A stretch of DNA of 64,000 nt, taken from a virus. The position numbers and the translations under genes are program-made. How positions within the stretch are numbered: the first letter of the stretch is position 1; the number at the start of each line of letters is the position of its first letter. The stretch lies in IMG/VR virus record IMGVR_UViG_3300033149_003257, positions 32,001-96,000 of that record, one strand, 5' to 3'. Below, piece after piece: positions 29,843 through 39,809 of this stretch. The notes beneath the pieces were generated by a model. It had not been told where the DNA came from and did no database searches. It was given only the letters and a program-made list of their open reading frames with translations.

Positions 29843-32839
29843 CTAAAAAGTTCCAGATAAAATTCTATCTAAAATAGATGGTTCAAATTTATCTTCACTT
29901 GTTAACCCGGTTTGTATAGCTTTTCCAATATTTTCAAAAGCTAGTCCACTAACAAAACTAGAATTGAATATAACTTCTTTTATATTTATCAAAACTGGAT
30001 CCCATGTTTTTCCCAATCTTGCTGGAATATTAATATCATCTTTATTTCTTAAAACATTACTCATTAATACTTCTATATGAACAGAATCCATATCTCCTGA
30101 TGGCCATTTATTAGTTATTTTTTTAAATAAATTAGTAGTATCTTTAAACAACTCTCTTCCACCAATTAATCGTTCCATATAATTAGCTTGATCTTTTAAT
30201 TCACTAGTTTCTAATGACGTTTCTAAAATAATATCTCCTTGTTTATAATTTAAAACAATTTGTTTATTAATTTCCTCAAAATTTCTTTTTTGTATAATAA
30301 CAGAATAATCCAAAACTATATTAAATATTAAATTATCAAACTCTATTGTCGAAATTAAATTAGATACCCATATAGAATTATCTTCAATACGAATATTATT
30401 ATTCATATTATAAACATTTAAATCAAGTTTTAAAATACAATCTTTTTTACAAATTAAACCATTTTCTTCTTGTTGTATATACTCATTTAACTTATTTTCA
30501 TTTATATCTAATAAAGGATCATTTTCTAAAATATCTTTTAATAAATTTTTATCAGTTATTGAAACTGCTCCGCCAAGGTGAAACGTTCGCATGATTAGCT
30601 GGGTTCCTCGTTCCCCAATAGCCATCCCAGCAATTGTTCCAATATATGGAGATTTATGTCTTAACAAAAGTTTCCCATAACAGGTATGACATATTTTATA
30701 AGATTTACAAAATATTGGAGATCTTAATTGAATAGTTTCTCCAACTTTATGTTCTTCCGGAATAAACTCTTCTATTCTTCCTTTATTTAAAAAATATCTT
30801 CCTTTAAGTCTTTTTATTAAATCTTTATCTAATCTTACATTTAAATATTTTTTTGTTCCACAATCTTTTAAATATGGATCTGCTTCAACATTACTTAACA
30901 AATAAACAAGTTTACGAGACAAATAACCTGTAGTAGACGTATTCAATGCACGGTCAATCATTCCTTTTCTACCGCCCTGAGACATCTCAAAAAATTCTTT
31001 ATTTGTTAAACCATCAGAATATGATCCACTAATTGGATCTAAAACTTTACCAGTTGGATCTGCAATAATACCCTTTGCTATTAAAATTTGTGTTGGTTGA
31101 TCCCATCCTTTTGCTGCTCCAGATTCAACTAGATCATATAATCCAGTATTTTTTAAATGTTTTATCAATATTTGTTTAGCTTTATTAATTAATATAGATG
31201 CTTGTTCAACTGTTGCTCCATTTATTTGTTTTTTTATTTCATAAATTTCATCTGGAAGTTCTATATCATCAATTTTTATAGATGGAGCAGAAATAGTAGC
31301 AAATTTAAAACCAATCTTCTCTAATTTAGAAAAGACATCTATAGCAATATTTTCACCATACTTTTCTAGAATTGTATTAATATAACTATTTATAATTTTT
31401 TTCGTTACTGTTTTATCTATAAATTCAAAATCAGGCGGAAAAGCATTATTTAAAATTGCTTTCCCCATGGTAGTATTTTTTCCTCTAAATTTAACTGGAA
31501 TATATGGATTAGTAGCATTTTCTAAATCTTCTTCATTAACTATTATAGGAGACTTATTTATCAATACATTTTTTGTTATAATATATAAACCAACAGCCAT
31601 TTCTTTAGAAAGGTCAAATGAAACATCTGTTGAAGAAGTTCCAGTTGTTCCTTTCATCATTTTCTCTTTAGCTTCTTGTTGAGCTTCATTTGTGAGAGGA
31701 TGATAAATAGCCATAACATCACCATCGAAATCAGCATTATGTTGACCAACTTGTAATGTACATACTTGAATAGTATCGCCTTCAATTAATCTAGGATAAT
31801 ATGCTCTATAAGATTCAGCATGTAAAACTGGATCTCTTTTCGCTAATACTACTCTACCTTCCATTACTGATTCTGTAGCATCAAAAAATATTTTATACAA
31901 CTCATCTGGAATAACATCTTTATTACGAATTGCTTTAATAACTCTCTGAACACTATCAACAGATAAACTAACATTATCAAAATTTTTTATTTCATCTTCC
32001 AAATTACTCTCATTAATTTTACCAGAATATAATAAACGATGAATTAAAAATGGTTCAAATAAAGTAGTAGCCATTCTAAATGGAATACCAATTTCATTAA
32101 CTTTTAAATTTGGTCCAGGAACAATAACTCCTCTTCCACTAAAATCTACTCGTTTTCCCATTAAATCAGATCGTATTAAACCACTTTTCTTTTGTATTCT
32201 ATTTTGAATAAAAGCATCATGATTAATAACTGCTTGTTGAACTCCATATGATAATAAATCAAATAATGGTCCACTTTTACTAACAGTTTTTATTTGAAAA
32301 GATTTTCTTAAAATTGATAAATATATTTCATTTAATTCGTCACTTGTCCAATTCCCAGATTCATCTTGAAAAATTGGTCTAAAATCTGGTGGAATTACAG
32401 GAACTTTACTTACAAATAAAGTTTTATCTTTATATGATCTTTGTAATAATTCTATAAAATTCTCTCTAGTTTTAGTTTCTCCTCTAAATTTTATATTTGG
32501 AAAAATATCAATAAAATTTGATAATCCTGTTACACCATCTGGATCAATTTTTAATGTTCCATCTTTATCTAAACTAAAATTTTCTTCCGTTGATATAAAT
32601 TTCTCTATTCTTCTATCTAATCTATATAAAATTTTATAAGCAGATGGATGAATAACTTCTATATTAATATCAATATATGAATATTTTTTCGTTCTATCAA
32701 TTGATCCAACTACTCCGAATATACTTTCAGAAAATAAACCCTCTGGATTAAAATCTCCACCTCTAGTAAAAAATTCTGTAGAAGTAATTGGAGTTAAATT
32801 AGATACAAATTTATTCACATCAAGAAATTTAATAAACAC
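29843..32839 (-). CDS. rpoC: DNA-directed RNA polymerase beta' subunit (phage, lacks N-terminal Zn domain)
   Basis: GLFSESIFG, PVIPPDFRP, GKRVDFSGR, NADFDGD catalytic motif, TGYLSRKL, QLIMRTFH. Confidence 0.96.
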   Translation of the reverse strand: MFIKFLDVNKFVSNLTPITSTEFFTRGGDFNPEGLFSESIFGVVGSIDRTKKYSYIDINIEVIHPSAYKILYRLDRRIEKFISTEENFSLDKDGTLKIDPDGVTGLSNFIDIFPNIKFRGETKTRENFIELLQRSYKDKTLFVSKVPVIPPDFRPIFQDESGNWTSDELNEIYLSILRKSFQIKTVSKSGPLFDLLSYGVQQAVINHDAFIQNRIQKKSGLIRSDLMGKRVDFSGRGVIVPGPNLKVNEIGIPFRMATTLFEPFLIHRLLYSGKINESNLEDEIKNFDNVSLSVDSVQRVIKAIRNKDVIPDELYKIFFDATESVMEGRVVLAKRDPVLHAESYRAYYPRLIEGDTIQVCTLQVGQHNADFDGDVMAIYHPLTNEAQQEAKEKMMKGTTGTSSTDVSFDLSKEMAVGLYIITKNVLINKSPIIVNEEDLENATNPYIPVKFRGKNTTMGKAILNNAFPPDFEFIDKTVTKKIINSYINTILEKYGENIAIDVFSKLEKIGFKFATISAPSIKIDDIELPDEIYEIKKQINGATVEQASILINKAKQILIKHLKNTGLYDLVESGAAKGWDQPTQILIAKGIIADPTGKVLDPISGSYSDGLTNKEFFEMSQGGRKGMIDRALNTSTTGYLSRKLVYLLSNVEADPYLKDCGTKKYLNVRLDKDLIKRLKGRYFLNKGRIEEFIPEEHKVGETIQLRSPIFCKSYKICHTCYGKLLLRHKSPYIGTIAGMAIGERGTQLIMRTFHLGGAVSITDKNLLKDILENDPLLDINENKLNEYIQQEENGLICKKDCILKLDLNVYNMNNNIRIEDNSIWVSNLISTIEFDNLIFNIVLDYSVIIQKRNFEEINKQIVLNYKQGDIILETSLETSELKDQANYMERLIGGRELFKDTTNLFKKITNKWPSGDMDSVHIEVLMSNVLRNKDDINIPARLGKTWDPVLINIKEVIFNSSFVSGLAFENIGKAIQTGLTSEDKFEPSILDRILSGTF

Positions 32840-32855
32840 TTATTTTTCTCCAATT

Positions 32856-33299
32856 TTATTTTCGCACATCATCTAAATAATTCTTAAACTTATCAACCAT
32901 CTTACTAATTATAGCTTTTTTAGCTGCAACATTAGCTGGTTTTGGAACTTCTTTCGAATATTTAGAATGTAATCTTTTCAATTTTGCAAGAATTACTTCC
33001 ACTTGTCCAGCATCTATACCTGGCTCTTGAAGTAATCTTTCTGCATATTTCATTGAAAATGAAATTATTTTTGGATCTATCATTCCAAGTCTATTACATA
33101 TAGAGAAAAAATAATTATTAACTTCTGGATTTCCTTTTATAACTAAAAAACATTTTGGAAACTTTCCATATAATCTATCCCTTAAATCTTTTCTCTGTAA
33201 AGCAGCTAATGTATCTTTATATGTATAAGGTGATAATACATCATTTACTTTCCTTAATAATTCTGTTAATTTAGTGAAATCTTTCTTATTATCTGACAT
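32856..33299 (-). CDS. hypothetical protein leading the RNAP operon
   Basis: 147 aa, GGAGG RBS. Confidence 0.75.
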   Translation of the reverse strand: MSDNKKDFTKLTELLRKVNDVLSPYTYKDTLAALQRKDLRDRLYGKFPKCFLVIKGNPEVNNYFFSICNRLGMIDPKIISFSMKYAERLLQEPGIDAGQVEVILAKLKRLHSKYSKEVPKPANVAAKKAIISKMVDKFKNYLDDVRK

Positions 33300-33330
33300 A
33301 TTTTTATTACCTCCAATGTAACGTCATTTA

Positions 33331-33340
33331 TAATTTGTTC
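33331..33340 (-). promoter_or_regulatory. candidate phage promoter GAACAAATTA
   Basis: Immediately after a terminator and before the rpoC/rpoB operon; repeated at other intergenic sites. Confidence 0.55.
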
Positions 33341-33354
33341 TATAATAAACAAAA

Positions 33355-33392
33355 AAAATGGGTAAATTTAGAAAATCAAATTTACCCATTTT
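33355..33392 (-). terminator. intrinsic terminator
   Basis: AAAATGGGTAAATTT / AAATTTACCCATTTT with U-tract on the minus strand. Confidence 0.75.
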
Positions 33393-33408
33393 AACATTTT
33401 AAATAAAC

Positions 33409-33936
33409 TTATTCCAATTTTTCTTTTGGAAAAATTGGAATAACAAATAATCTACAAGTTCTTCTCGAAACTCTATTTAATCGTTTTAGTTCTTCTATTT
33501 CTAATTTACAACAATATATAGAATTTGTATATGATTCCATTTTTTCAACCATTTTTAAAATCATTTCATTAGTCTTAATATCTGGAAATTTTGCAAAAAG
33601 TAAATTAGATGATTTTATAGAAGAAAATACTAATTCAAGTATTTCCTTTTCATATTGTTTATATTCAGTTAACAAATAGGTTTTCATTTCTTCAAATACA
33701 TTTTCAACTTTAGATTTATAAATTTTTATTTTTTCATTTTCTTGAATTATTTTTTCTTCACGATTTATATAATCATACATAATTATAAATTGAAATACAA
33801 ATCCAACCATAATAGTTATTATAGAAAAAATAATAAAAAATATATCCAATCCTTGAATATCATATCCTTTAGTTTCATAATAAGAAAGAATATAAGATAT
33901 TAAATAAAAAGATACAGTTAAAATAATAAATAGCAT
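33409..33936 (-). CDS. membrane protein (two N-terminal TM helices, coiled coil)
   Basis: Two hydrophobic stretches followed by a charged helical region. Confidence 0.7.
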   Translation of the reverse strand: MLFIILTVSFYLISYILSYYETKGYDIQGLDIFFIIFSIITIMVGFVFQFIIMYDYINREEKIIQENEKIKIYKSKVENVFEEMKTYLLTEYKQYEKEILELVFSSIKSSNLLFAKFPDIKTNEMILKMVEKMESYTNSIYCCKLEIEELKRLNRVSRRTCRLFVIPIFPKEKLE

Positions 33937-33957
33937 TATTTATCCTTTCAAAATAAA

Positions 33958-34137
33958 TTAATTTTCTTTTAAAGGATTCTGTTTTATAATTTTATAAATA
34001 TTTGTCCAACATGGTCTATTTCTAATATCCAATGACAAACAAGTTTTACATGGTTCTTTATCTGAATTATTATTAAAATATAAACAATGAACACACCATC
34101 TTGTAAAATCAACTGGAAGAAGGTCAAAAGAATACAT
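33958..34137 (-). CDS. 59-aa Cys-rich protein (missing from ORF track)
   Basis: MYSFDLLPVDFTRWCVHCLY...EPCKTCLS...RPCW; fills the gap between genes. Confidence 0.55.
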   Translation of the reverse strand: MYSFDLLPVDFTRWCVHCLYFNNNSDKEPCKTCLSLDIRNRPCWTNIYKIIKQNPLKEN

Positions 34138-34139
34138 AA

Positions 34140-34925
34140 TTATGTCTCCACTAAATGTCCATAATAAGCAGTTTTTATTGAATCATACCATGTATCTTCA
34201 TTAAGTAAAGGTAAATTTCCTTGTGGACATGTATATGCAGTCCCATCAGGAAATACCCACATAGCTTTTAAAGTTATACATTTTTTAGTACATCCATTAC
34301 ATACTCTTCCTCTATTTTCTTGTAAACCAGTAAATCTAGAAGATATAAATTTCGGAAATTTCTCATACATTTTAATTATTAAATCATCAAGAGATTTATC
34401 TTCTGAAAAGAAATCCCTAAATAATTTAATTTGTATTCCTTGACTAACATAAAATTGTACAATTGATAATAATTCATTTTCTGTAATATTTTCTGTAACT
34501 ACTATTTGTACTTTTATATTTAAATCTCTAAATCCAGAAAGATCAATTTTTTCAGTAACTCCAATATGCCAAAAATCTACATAACAACCATTGTCTAAAG
34601 CAGTTCCATTAGTAACAACTTTTACTATTGAATCATATCCTTTTGCAACAGTACATAATAATTTTAAATGTGGATGAAAACCAGGTTCACCGCCAGAAAA
34701 AGTTATAATTGGTGTAAGATTCATCTTTTTCATAAACAAACAATAGCTTTGAATAATCTCAAAAGCATAAAAAGTATTTAAAAATTTAACTGGTTCAGAT
34801 TTACTAGGTTTTTTTTGAAAATCATTTAAACAAAAAGAGCAATTTTTATTACAAGAATTAGTAAGAAGTAATCTTAATCTAAATTCATGTTGATGTATCT
34901 TCTTATCCCATATTTCCAACTTCAA
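34140..34925 (-). CDS. radical SAM protein
   Basis: CNKNCSFC, FSGGEP, VTNG, C-terminal CNGC...C...CP. Confidence 0.88.
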   Translation of the reverse strand: MKLEIWDKKIHQHEFRLRLLLTNSCNKNCSFCLNDFQKKPSKSEPVKFLNTFYAFEIIQSYCLFMKKMNLTPIITFSGGEPGFHPHLKLLCTVAKGYDSIVKVVTNGTALDNGCYVDFWHIGVTEKIDLSGFRDLNIKVQIVVTENITENELLSIVQFYVSQGIQIKLFRDFFSEDKSLDDLIIKMYEKFPKFISSRFTGLQENRGRVCNGCTKKCITLKAMWVFPDGTAYTCPQGNLPLLNEDTWYDSIKTAYYGHLVET

Positions 34926-35064
34926 CCTCTCTGTAAATTTCTGTAATTGGAATTATATCCCAATTTTCATCTTTCTCATTAGTTTTAAATATTTCACAAA
35001 TTTCTTTTTGTTTTTCTTTATTTAAATCTTTAAAGAAAATATCAATTATTCTTAATTCTTTCAT
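34903..35064 (-). CDS. 53-aa hypothetical protein (missing from ORF track)
   Basis: MKELRIIDIFFKDLNKEKQKEICEIF...NWDIIPI. Confidence 0.55.
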   Translation of the reverse strand: MKELRIIDIFFKDLNKEKQKEICEIFKTNEKDENWDIIPITEIYREVEVGNMG

Positions 35065-35070
35065 TTTATT

Positions 35071-35358
35071 TTATGAATTACTTATTACTCCTTTTTCAAA
35101 ATCAGATTTTTTACAGATTGGTTCATAAATAGAAAAACCAAAGAAATATATAGGAGCAATAACAGTTTCAATTAAAATTATTCCCCATACTACATTTCCA
35201 GTAATTAACTCATATTGAATGTCATCATTTTTTGCTGTATTTGAATTTAGTAAACCATATGTTTCATATTCTTTTCCATCAATAAATTTTGGATCTCCAC
35301 AAGAACAAAAACAAAACATAAAACAAATAATTAATATTATTGAAATAATCTTTTTCAT
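35071..35358 (-). CDS. putative lipoprotein/membrane protein
   Basis: Signal peptide ending in Cys; ETYGL...GNVVWGIILIET..AP motif. Confidence 0.7.
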   Translation of the reverse strand: MKKIISIILIICFMFCFCSCGDPKFIDGKEYETYGLLNSNTAKNDDIQYELITGNVVWGIILIETVIAPIYFFGFSIYEPICKKSDFEKGVISNS

Positions 35359-35381
35359 TAATAATACTCCTTTTTAGATTC

Positions 35382-35816
35382 TTAAATTAATTCAAGTTCT
35401 TCAACTTGTTTTTTCAATTTTTCATAAAATTCAAATCCTCTGACATTTCCCTCATCACTTCCCATATAAACATTCCCATTAGAAAAATCAATCTTTGTAG
35501 CATTTTCAATCATTATCCAAGTATCATGTAACAATTTCCTTACTTTAGATAATGGATGTTTTGGACATTCTTTAATATGTTCATATAATACTTTATCTCT
35601 AACATCAGGAGTTCCAGGAGGATATCTATGACCACAATATACACAATTTATATATAATCCAGATTGTAAGTCAGATATCCATTTCTTTAGAGATTCTATT
35701 TCTTTTTTTAATTCCTTATTTTCTTCTTCTAATTCATCACATTTTATTGATTTGTATTCAATTTCATCTTGAAGAGTTTTCCACATTTTTATATACCTCT
35801 TTATATTAAAAATCAA
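35382..35816 (-). CDS. coiled-coil plus zinc-finger hypothetical protein
   Basis: CVYCGH...HIKECPKHP. Confidence 0.7.
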   Translation of the reverse strand: MIFNIKRYIKMWKTLQDEIEYKSIKCDELEEENKELKKEIESLKKWISDLQSGLYINCVYCGHRYPPGTPDVRDKVLYEHIKECPKHPLSKVRKLLHDTWIMIENATKIDFSNGNVYMGSDEGNVRGFEFYEKLKKQVEELELI

Positions 35817-37257
35817 TATTCATTAGTCTTCTTAATTCATTAATTTCAGATTCTAATTTCGAACCAAAATATAAAGTATAAAATTCTATTGAATCAACTT
35901 CTATTTTACTTAATGGAATTCCAACCATTCTTTTTCCAGTAACGGTATTAGAAAAATCTATTCTTGAAATTCTACCAACAAAATTACATATAATTTTATA
36001 TGGAAGAATTTTAGTACTAAAACCATAGAAATCTCTAGTTTTTTGTTGTATATTAATATATTCATTTACAGACTTAATTAGATAAGTCGTAGTAATTGAA
36101 GGCTGAGTTATAGGATAATAATCCAATAAAGAAAATAAATTTTTAAATTCATTAGAAAAAACTTTCTTCAAAAGATTATAAACATAAACAGATAATACTG
36201 CAGCCTGTTCTGGAGAAACAGTTTTAAAATGATTATAGGGAATATTAGTTATTCTAGATAATATAGGAAAAGCTAATGTTTCACAAATTGGAGAAATATA
36301 TTCAACATCAGAAACTCTATTTTGAAAATCAGTAATTAATTCATCTGAAGATTCTTCATTTTGTCCAATTTTAGAAATAGCATCTCTTTCAAGCTTATCA
36401 TAAATCTGTTCATATGCAATACCCTTTAATCTTCCAAGAGTATCATTATAAGCATATGTTCTTAAATTATTAACATCTAATCCTTGTATATCCTCAGTTG
36501 AAATCGAATCTTCATATATAACAGAACCCTTATATACGGACCTTAAAAACCATTTAATACTTTCATCTATTACACCAACAAAATATGTAATTGGATTTCT
36601 TCCATCACATAGTATTATAATATTATTCATAATAAAATTAAAAATTTCAATAATATGATCATCAATTGTTTTACATTGAATTGTTTTTATATAAGTCCAC
36701 ATATATTTATCTGTTAAATTATATCGAAAAGTTTTAGTTTTAATAACATTAAATATCTTATAAATTACTTGACTATTTGTTATATCTTTAGCTAATTCAT
36801 TATATATTTTTTTATGTAAATAATGTGGTAATTTTAAATTATCACTATTAGAAATAATAGAGTAAATTTTCAAATAACCAGATAATTTAATAATTTTTTC
36901 TATTTCATCTTCAGAAAATAATATTGATGATTTTTTAGCTTTTGATTCATCTACAAACTTAGACATATCTAAATCTTTTATTTCACTAAAATTATCAATA
37001 AAATATTTCATTTTATCTAAGTTAGAAAAAATAAGATTATAATAATTTTCAAAATCAGATTCTTTACAACTAAGAATCAAATTCATAAACCAATCATCAA
37101 ATTCATCTTTATATTCTTTAGATAATCGTTTTAGAAAATCTGTAATTATAAAAAATTTATTTGTTATTGATGTAGTACTTAACTCTAATTTTATTAAACT
37201 ATTATTATTTCTAACAACTCGCCAAATTTTTGAACTATCTTGTTTGAATGAAATCAA
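35806..37257 (-). CDS. large hypothetical protein
   Basis: 483 aa ORF, TTG start behind GAGGAG. Confidence 0.8.
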   Translation of the reverse strand: MISFKQDSSKIWRVVRNNNSLIKLELSTTSITNKFFIITDFLKRLSKEYKDEFDDWFMNLILSCKESDFENYYNLIFSNLDKMKYFIDNFSEIKDLDMSKFVDESKAKKSSILFSEDEIEKIIKLSGYLKIYSIISNSDNLKLPHYLHKKIYNELAKDITNSQVIYKIFNVIKTKTFRYNLTDKYMWTYIKTIQCKTIDDHIIEIFNFIMNNIIILCDGRNPITYFVGVIDESIKWFLRSVYKGSVIYEDSISTEDIQGLDVNNLRTYAYNDTLGRLKGIAYEQIYDKLERDAISKIGQNEESSDELITDFQNRVSDVEYISPICETLAFPILSRITNIPYNHFKTVSPEQAAVLSVYVYNLLKKVFSNEFKNLFSLLDYYPITQPSITTTYLIKSVNEYINIQQKTRDFYGFSTKILPYKIICNFVGRISRIDFSNTVTGKRMVGIPLSKIEVDSIEFYTLYFGSKLESEINELRRLMNIDF

Positions 37258-37299
37258 AAATGATATCTCCTCTTTTATAGTTTTTCTCTACATCTACAT

Positions 37300-37524
37300 A
37301 ACCACCAAATGGGTAATTCAAAATCTATAATTAATGGGGAATTATGATTCATACCTCTTCTTATCATTTCTAATGCAAGTTCTTCATGTCTTTCATATAT
37401 TTTTGCTGGTTCAACATAGTTTTTCCTTTTTTAATTATACCAAACAAAACATATGTATTTCAAAATGTCCTCCACATAAATGCTGATCACACATCCTTTT
37501 TGGATCAACTAACCACATTTTCAT
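37300..37524 (-). pseudogene. decayed pyrimidine-dimer DNA glycosylase (endonuclease V-like) family gene
   Basis: MKMWLVDPKRMCDQHLCGGHFEIHMF then stop; YVEPAKIYERHEELALEMIRRGMNHNSPL continues in another frame; left boundary approximate. Confidence 0.65.
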
Positions 37525-37549
37525 AAAATTATACCATAAAAAATTAAAA

Positions 37550-37578
37550 AAAATGATCCTATGTATTAGGATCATTTT
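37550..37578 (-). terminator. intrinsic terminator
   Basis: AAAATGATCCTA / TAGGATCATTTT plus U-tract on the minus strand. Confidence 0.75.
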
Positions 37579-37593
37579 CATCAGTGGTAAACT

Positions 37594-37809
37594 TTAAATA
37601 AGCGAACATTCTTCTTTCACAGGCTGAACAAGAATTTTTTTCTTCTTAGCCTTTCCCCACATACAAAAGGAAGAGACAACTCTCTCTGGTTTTGGGAGAT
37701 TAAAAAGCTTAATCCAGAAAGACCGGAATTTTGAAACCTTTATATCTTCTCTTTGTTGTTCACAAAGATCACATTTAACACAATCTTTTGTTATTCTCTT
37801 TTTATACAT
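37594..37809 (-). CDS. small Cys4 basic protein
   Basis: MYKKRITKDCVKC...CMWGKAKKKK...CSLI; paralogue of 17339-17497. Confidence 0.7.
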   Translation of the reverse strand: MYKKRITKDCVKCDLCEQQREDIKVSKFRSFWIKLFNLPKPERVVSSFCMWGKAKKKKILVQPVKEECSLI

Positions 37810-37834
37810 AATATATTCCCCTTAATAAAAAATC

Positions 37835-37874
37835 CTGTCTTCACAGAGCATTTATAATAACCCTGTGAAGACAG
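37835..37874 (-). terminator. 12-bp hairpin in a leader (terminator/attenuator-like)
   Basis: CTGTCTTCACAG / CTGTGAAGACAG followed by GATTTTTATT on the minus strand. Confidence 0.55.
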
Positions 37875-38097
37875 TTCCAAAAAAGAAGGATAGTGAATAA
37901 TATTATACTGCAAGTAATTTCCGCTTTCTAAAAAGTTTGTTTTGGTTTTGTCGGTTTTCTTAATTTATTTACTTCATTGGAATCACCCCCCTCAACTGAT
38001 TGAGAAAAGAAAAGAATATAACAAATAAAACTAAACCAACCACTAATTCATTTATTAATATATATAAGAAATATATTTTTAAAAGAATAAGAATAAA

Positions 38098-38613
38098 TTA
38101 AGAATTAATTGCTTTATTTAAATTGGTAGGAAGTTGCTTCCACCATTTAATCCATTCTTCTTGTTTATCACAATTATAATATAATGGGGTAGCACAAACA
38201 AAACGTGGTCTTTCTTCTGTTCCAATATCCCAACCACATTTTGTATATGGATATTTATTAAGGCGAGAACAAACTTTGTTTAAAAAACTTTTATTTTTAT
38301 CAAATTTTGGAGCAAGTCGAAATGCAATATATGAAACCCAATCTTTAGAATGACCTTCACATGATCCCCTCATTTCTAAATTTTTTATATTATTTAACTT
38401 ATTCAACCATTCTTTTTCCAAATGTTCATCAACTGAAATACCATTCCACATCTTACTTTTATGAGGTAATGGACATTGTCCAGATCTCCAACCTCCGGGA
38501 ACTGATTTTCCATAAATAAGTTCATATGCAAAAGTAGGAGATGGTTTTCTCTTTATACCACCCTTTCCCATCTCACGTTGTTCTTGAATATATTCTAAAT
38601 ATTTTCCTATCAT
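38098..38613 (-). CDS. hypothetical protein (possible virion/ejected protein)
   Basis: MIGKYLEYIQE leader; GSCEGH motif. Confidence 0.7.
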   Translation of the reverse strand: MIGKYLEYIQEQREMGKGGIKRKPSPTFAYELIYGKSVPGGWRSGQCPLPHKSKMWNGISVDEHLEKEWLNKLNNIKNLEMRGSCEGHSKDWVSYIAFRLAPKFDKNKSFLNKVCSRLNKYPYTKCGWDIGTEERPRFVCATPLYYNCDKQEEWIKWWKQLPTNLNKAINS

Positions 38614-38630
38614 TATTTTTTATAAACCTC

Positions 38631-39809
38631 CTAACATATTTTAGTTGCTAAATTTCCAGTAGAACATTCTGTTCCAGATTTATGCCCATATTTATAATGA
38701 CAATCTTTACAAACTGAAATTGCATAATCTGGATCTAAAGCAAAAAATGGTTCTAGTTTTTGTGGTCTTGTGTGATGTACATATTCTGCTTTTTCTCCAC
38801 AATAAATGCACTTGTAATCATCTCGTTTTAATACTTCTTCTCTAAATACTTGATATTCTTCTGAAGTATAATAAAGATCATTCCCTTTATATGTTCCTTG
38901 TTCTATTTCTACTTCTTTAATAATTTGTTTTACTGTTTTTTTATAAAGTGGACAAATTTGTTTACATTCTTGTGAACAATATAAATAACCAGCATCATTT
39001 CCATTATCTCTTTCTAAACAAATAATTCTTTCATATAATTGGATATATGTTGGAGTAAACCAACCATTCATCTCTTTCGAATTAGGACAATTATGATTCT
39101 TACAATGTACTTGTATTTCTTTTTCTCCAGGCTTATCTGGATTATATCTCATCTCTTCTATTTTAGAAAAGAAAGGATATCTCTTCTTTATTTGTTTTAT
39201 AGTAATTTTATTTTTTGTCTTTCCCTTATTATATTTACTTATTTTTTTCCTTGTCTCTTTAGAAACTTTTCTTCCTTTATTAATATTACTTAACTTCTCT
39301 TTAGTTTCTTTTGAAAGTTTTTTTCCTTTATTAATTTCGCTTAATTTTTTCTTATGTCTTTCAGAGAAATTTTTCCCTTTATGAGATTCACTTAGCTTTG
39401 TTCTGGTTTTTTCAGAAATCCTTCTTCCTTTATTAGATTTACTTATTTTTTCTTTATGATCTTTAGAACGTATCTTACCCTCATTAGCTTTTCCTATTTT
39501 TTTCTTATGCTCCTCAGAGAGATTTTTACCTTTTTGAGAATTACTCATCTTCTTTCTAGTTTCTTCAGAACAAATTTTACCCTTTTTTGATCTACTCATT
39601 TTCTCTAAAGTTTCTTCACTTAAATTTTCTCTTTTATGTAATTCACCCATTTTCTTTTTAGTTTTTTCAGTATGTGTTATACCCATACTATTTTTACTAT
39701 TTTTCTTCCTTATATTTGGACATTTATTCTGAGTTTTTTCACAACACCATTTCCCATTTTTAAACTGATATTTCGCTTCTCTTCCACAACCATAGTCACA
39801 AATTATCAT
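38631..39809 (-). CDS. NUMOD3-repeat HNH homing endonuclease-like protein (copy 1)
   Basis: CDYGCG N-terminus, many SEETRKKMS repeats, [11 protein letters not shown]...VHH...CKDCH. Confidence 0.85.
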   Translation of the reverse strand: MIICDYGCGREAKYQFKNGKWCCEKTQNKCPNIRKKNSKNSMGITHTEKTKKKMGELHKRENLSEETLEKMSRSKKGKICSEETRKKMSNSQKGKNLSEEHKKKIGKANEGKIRSKDHKEKISKSNKGRRISEKTRTKLSESHKGKNFSERHKKKLSEINKGKKLSKETKEKLSNINKGRKVSKETRKKISKYNKGKTKNKITIKQIKKRYPFFSKIEEMRYNPDKPGEKEIQVHCKNHNCPNSKEMNGWFTPTYIQLYERIICLERDNGNDAGYLYCSQECKQICPLYKKTVKQIIKEVEIEQGTYKGNDLYYTSEEYQVFREEVLKRDDYKCIYCGEKAEYVHHTRPQKLEPFFALDPDYAISVCKDCHYKYGHKSGTECSTGNLATKIC

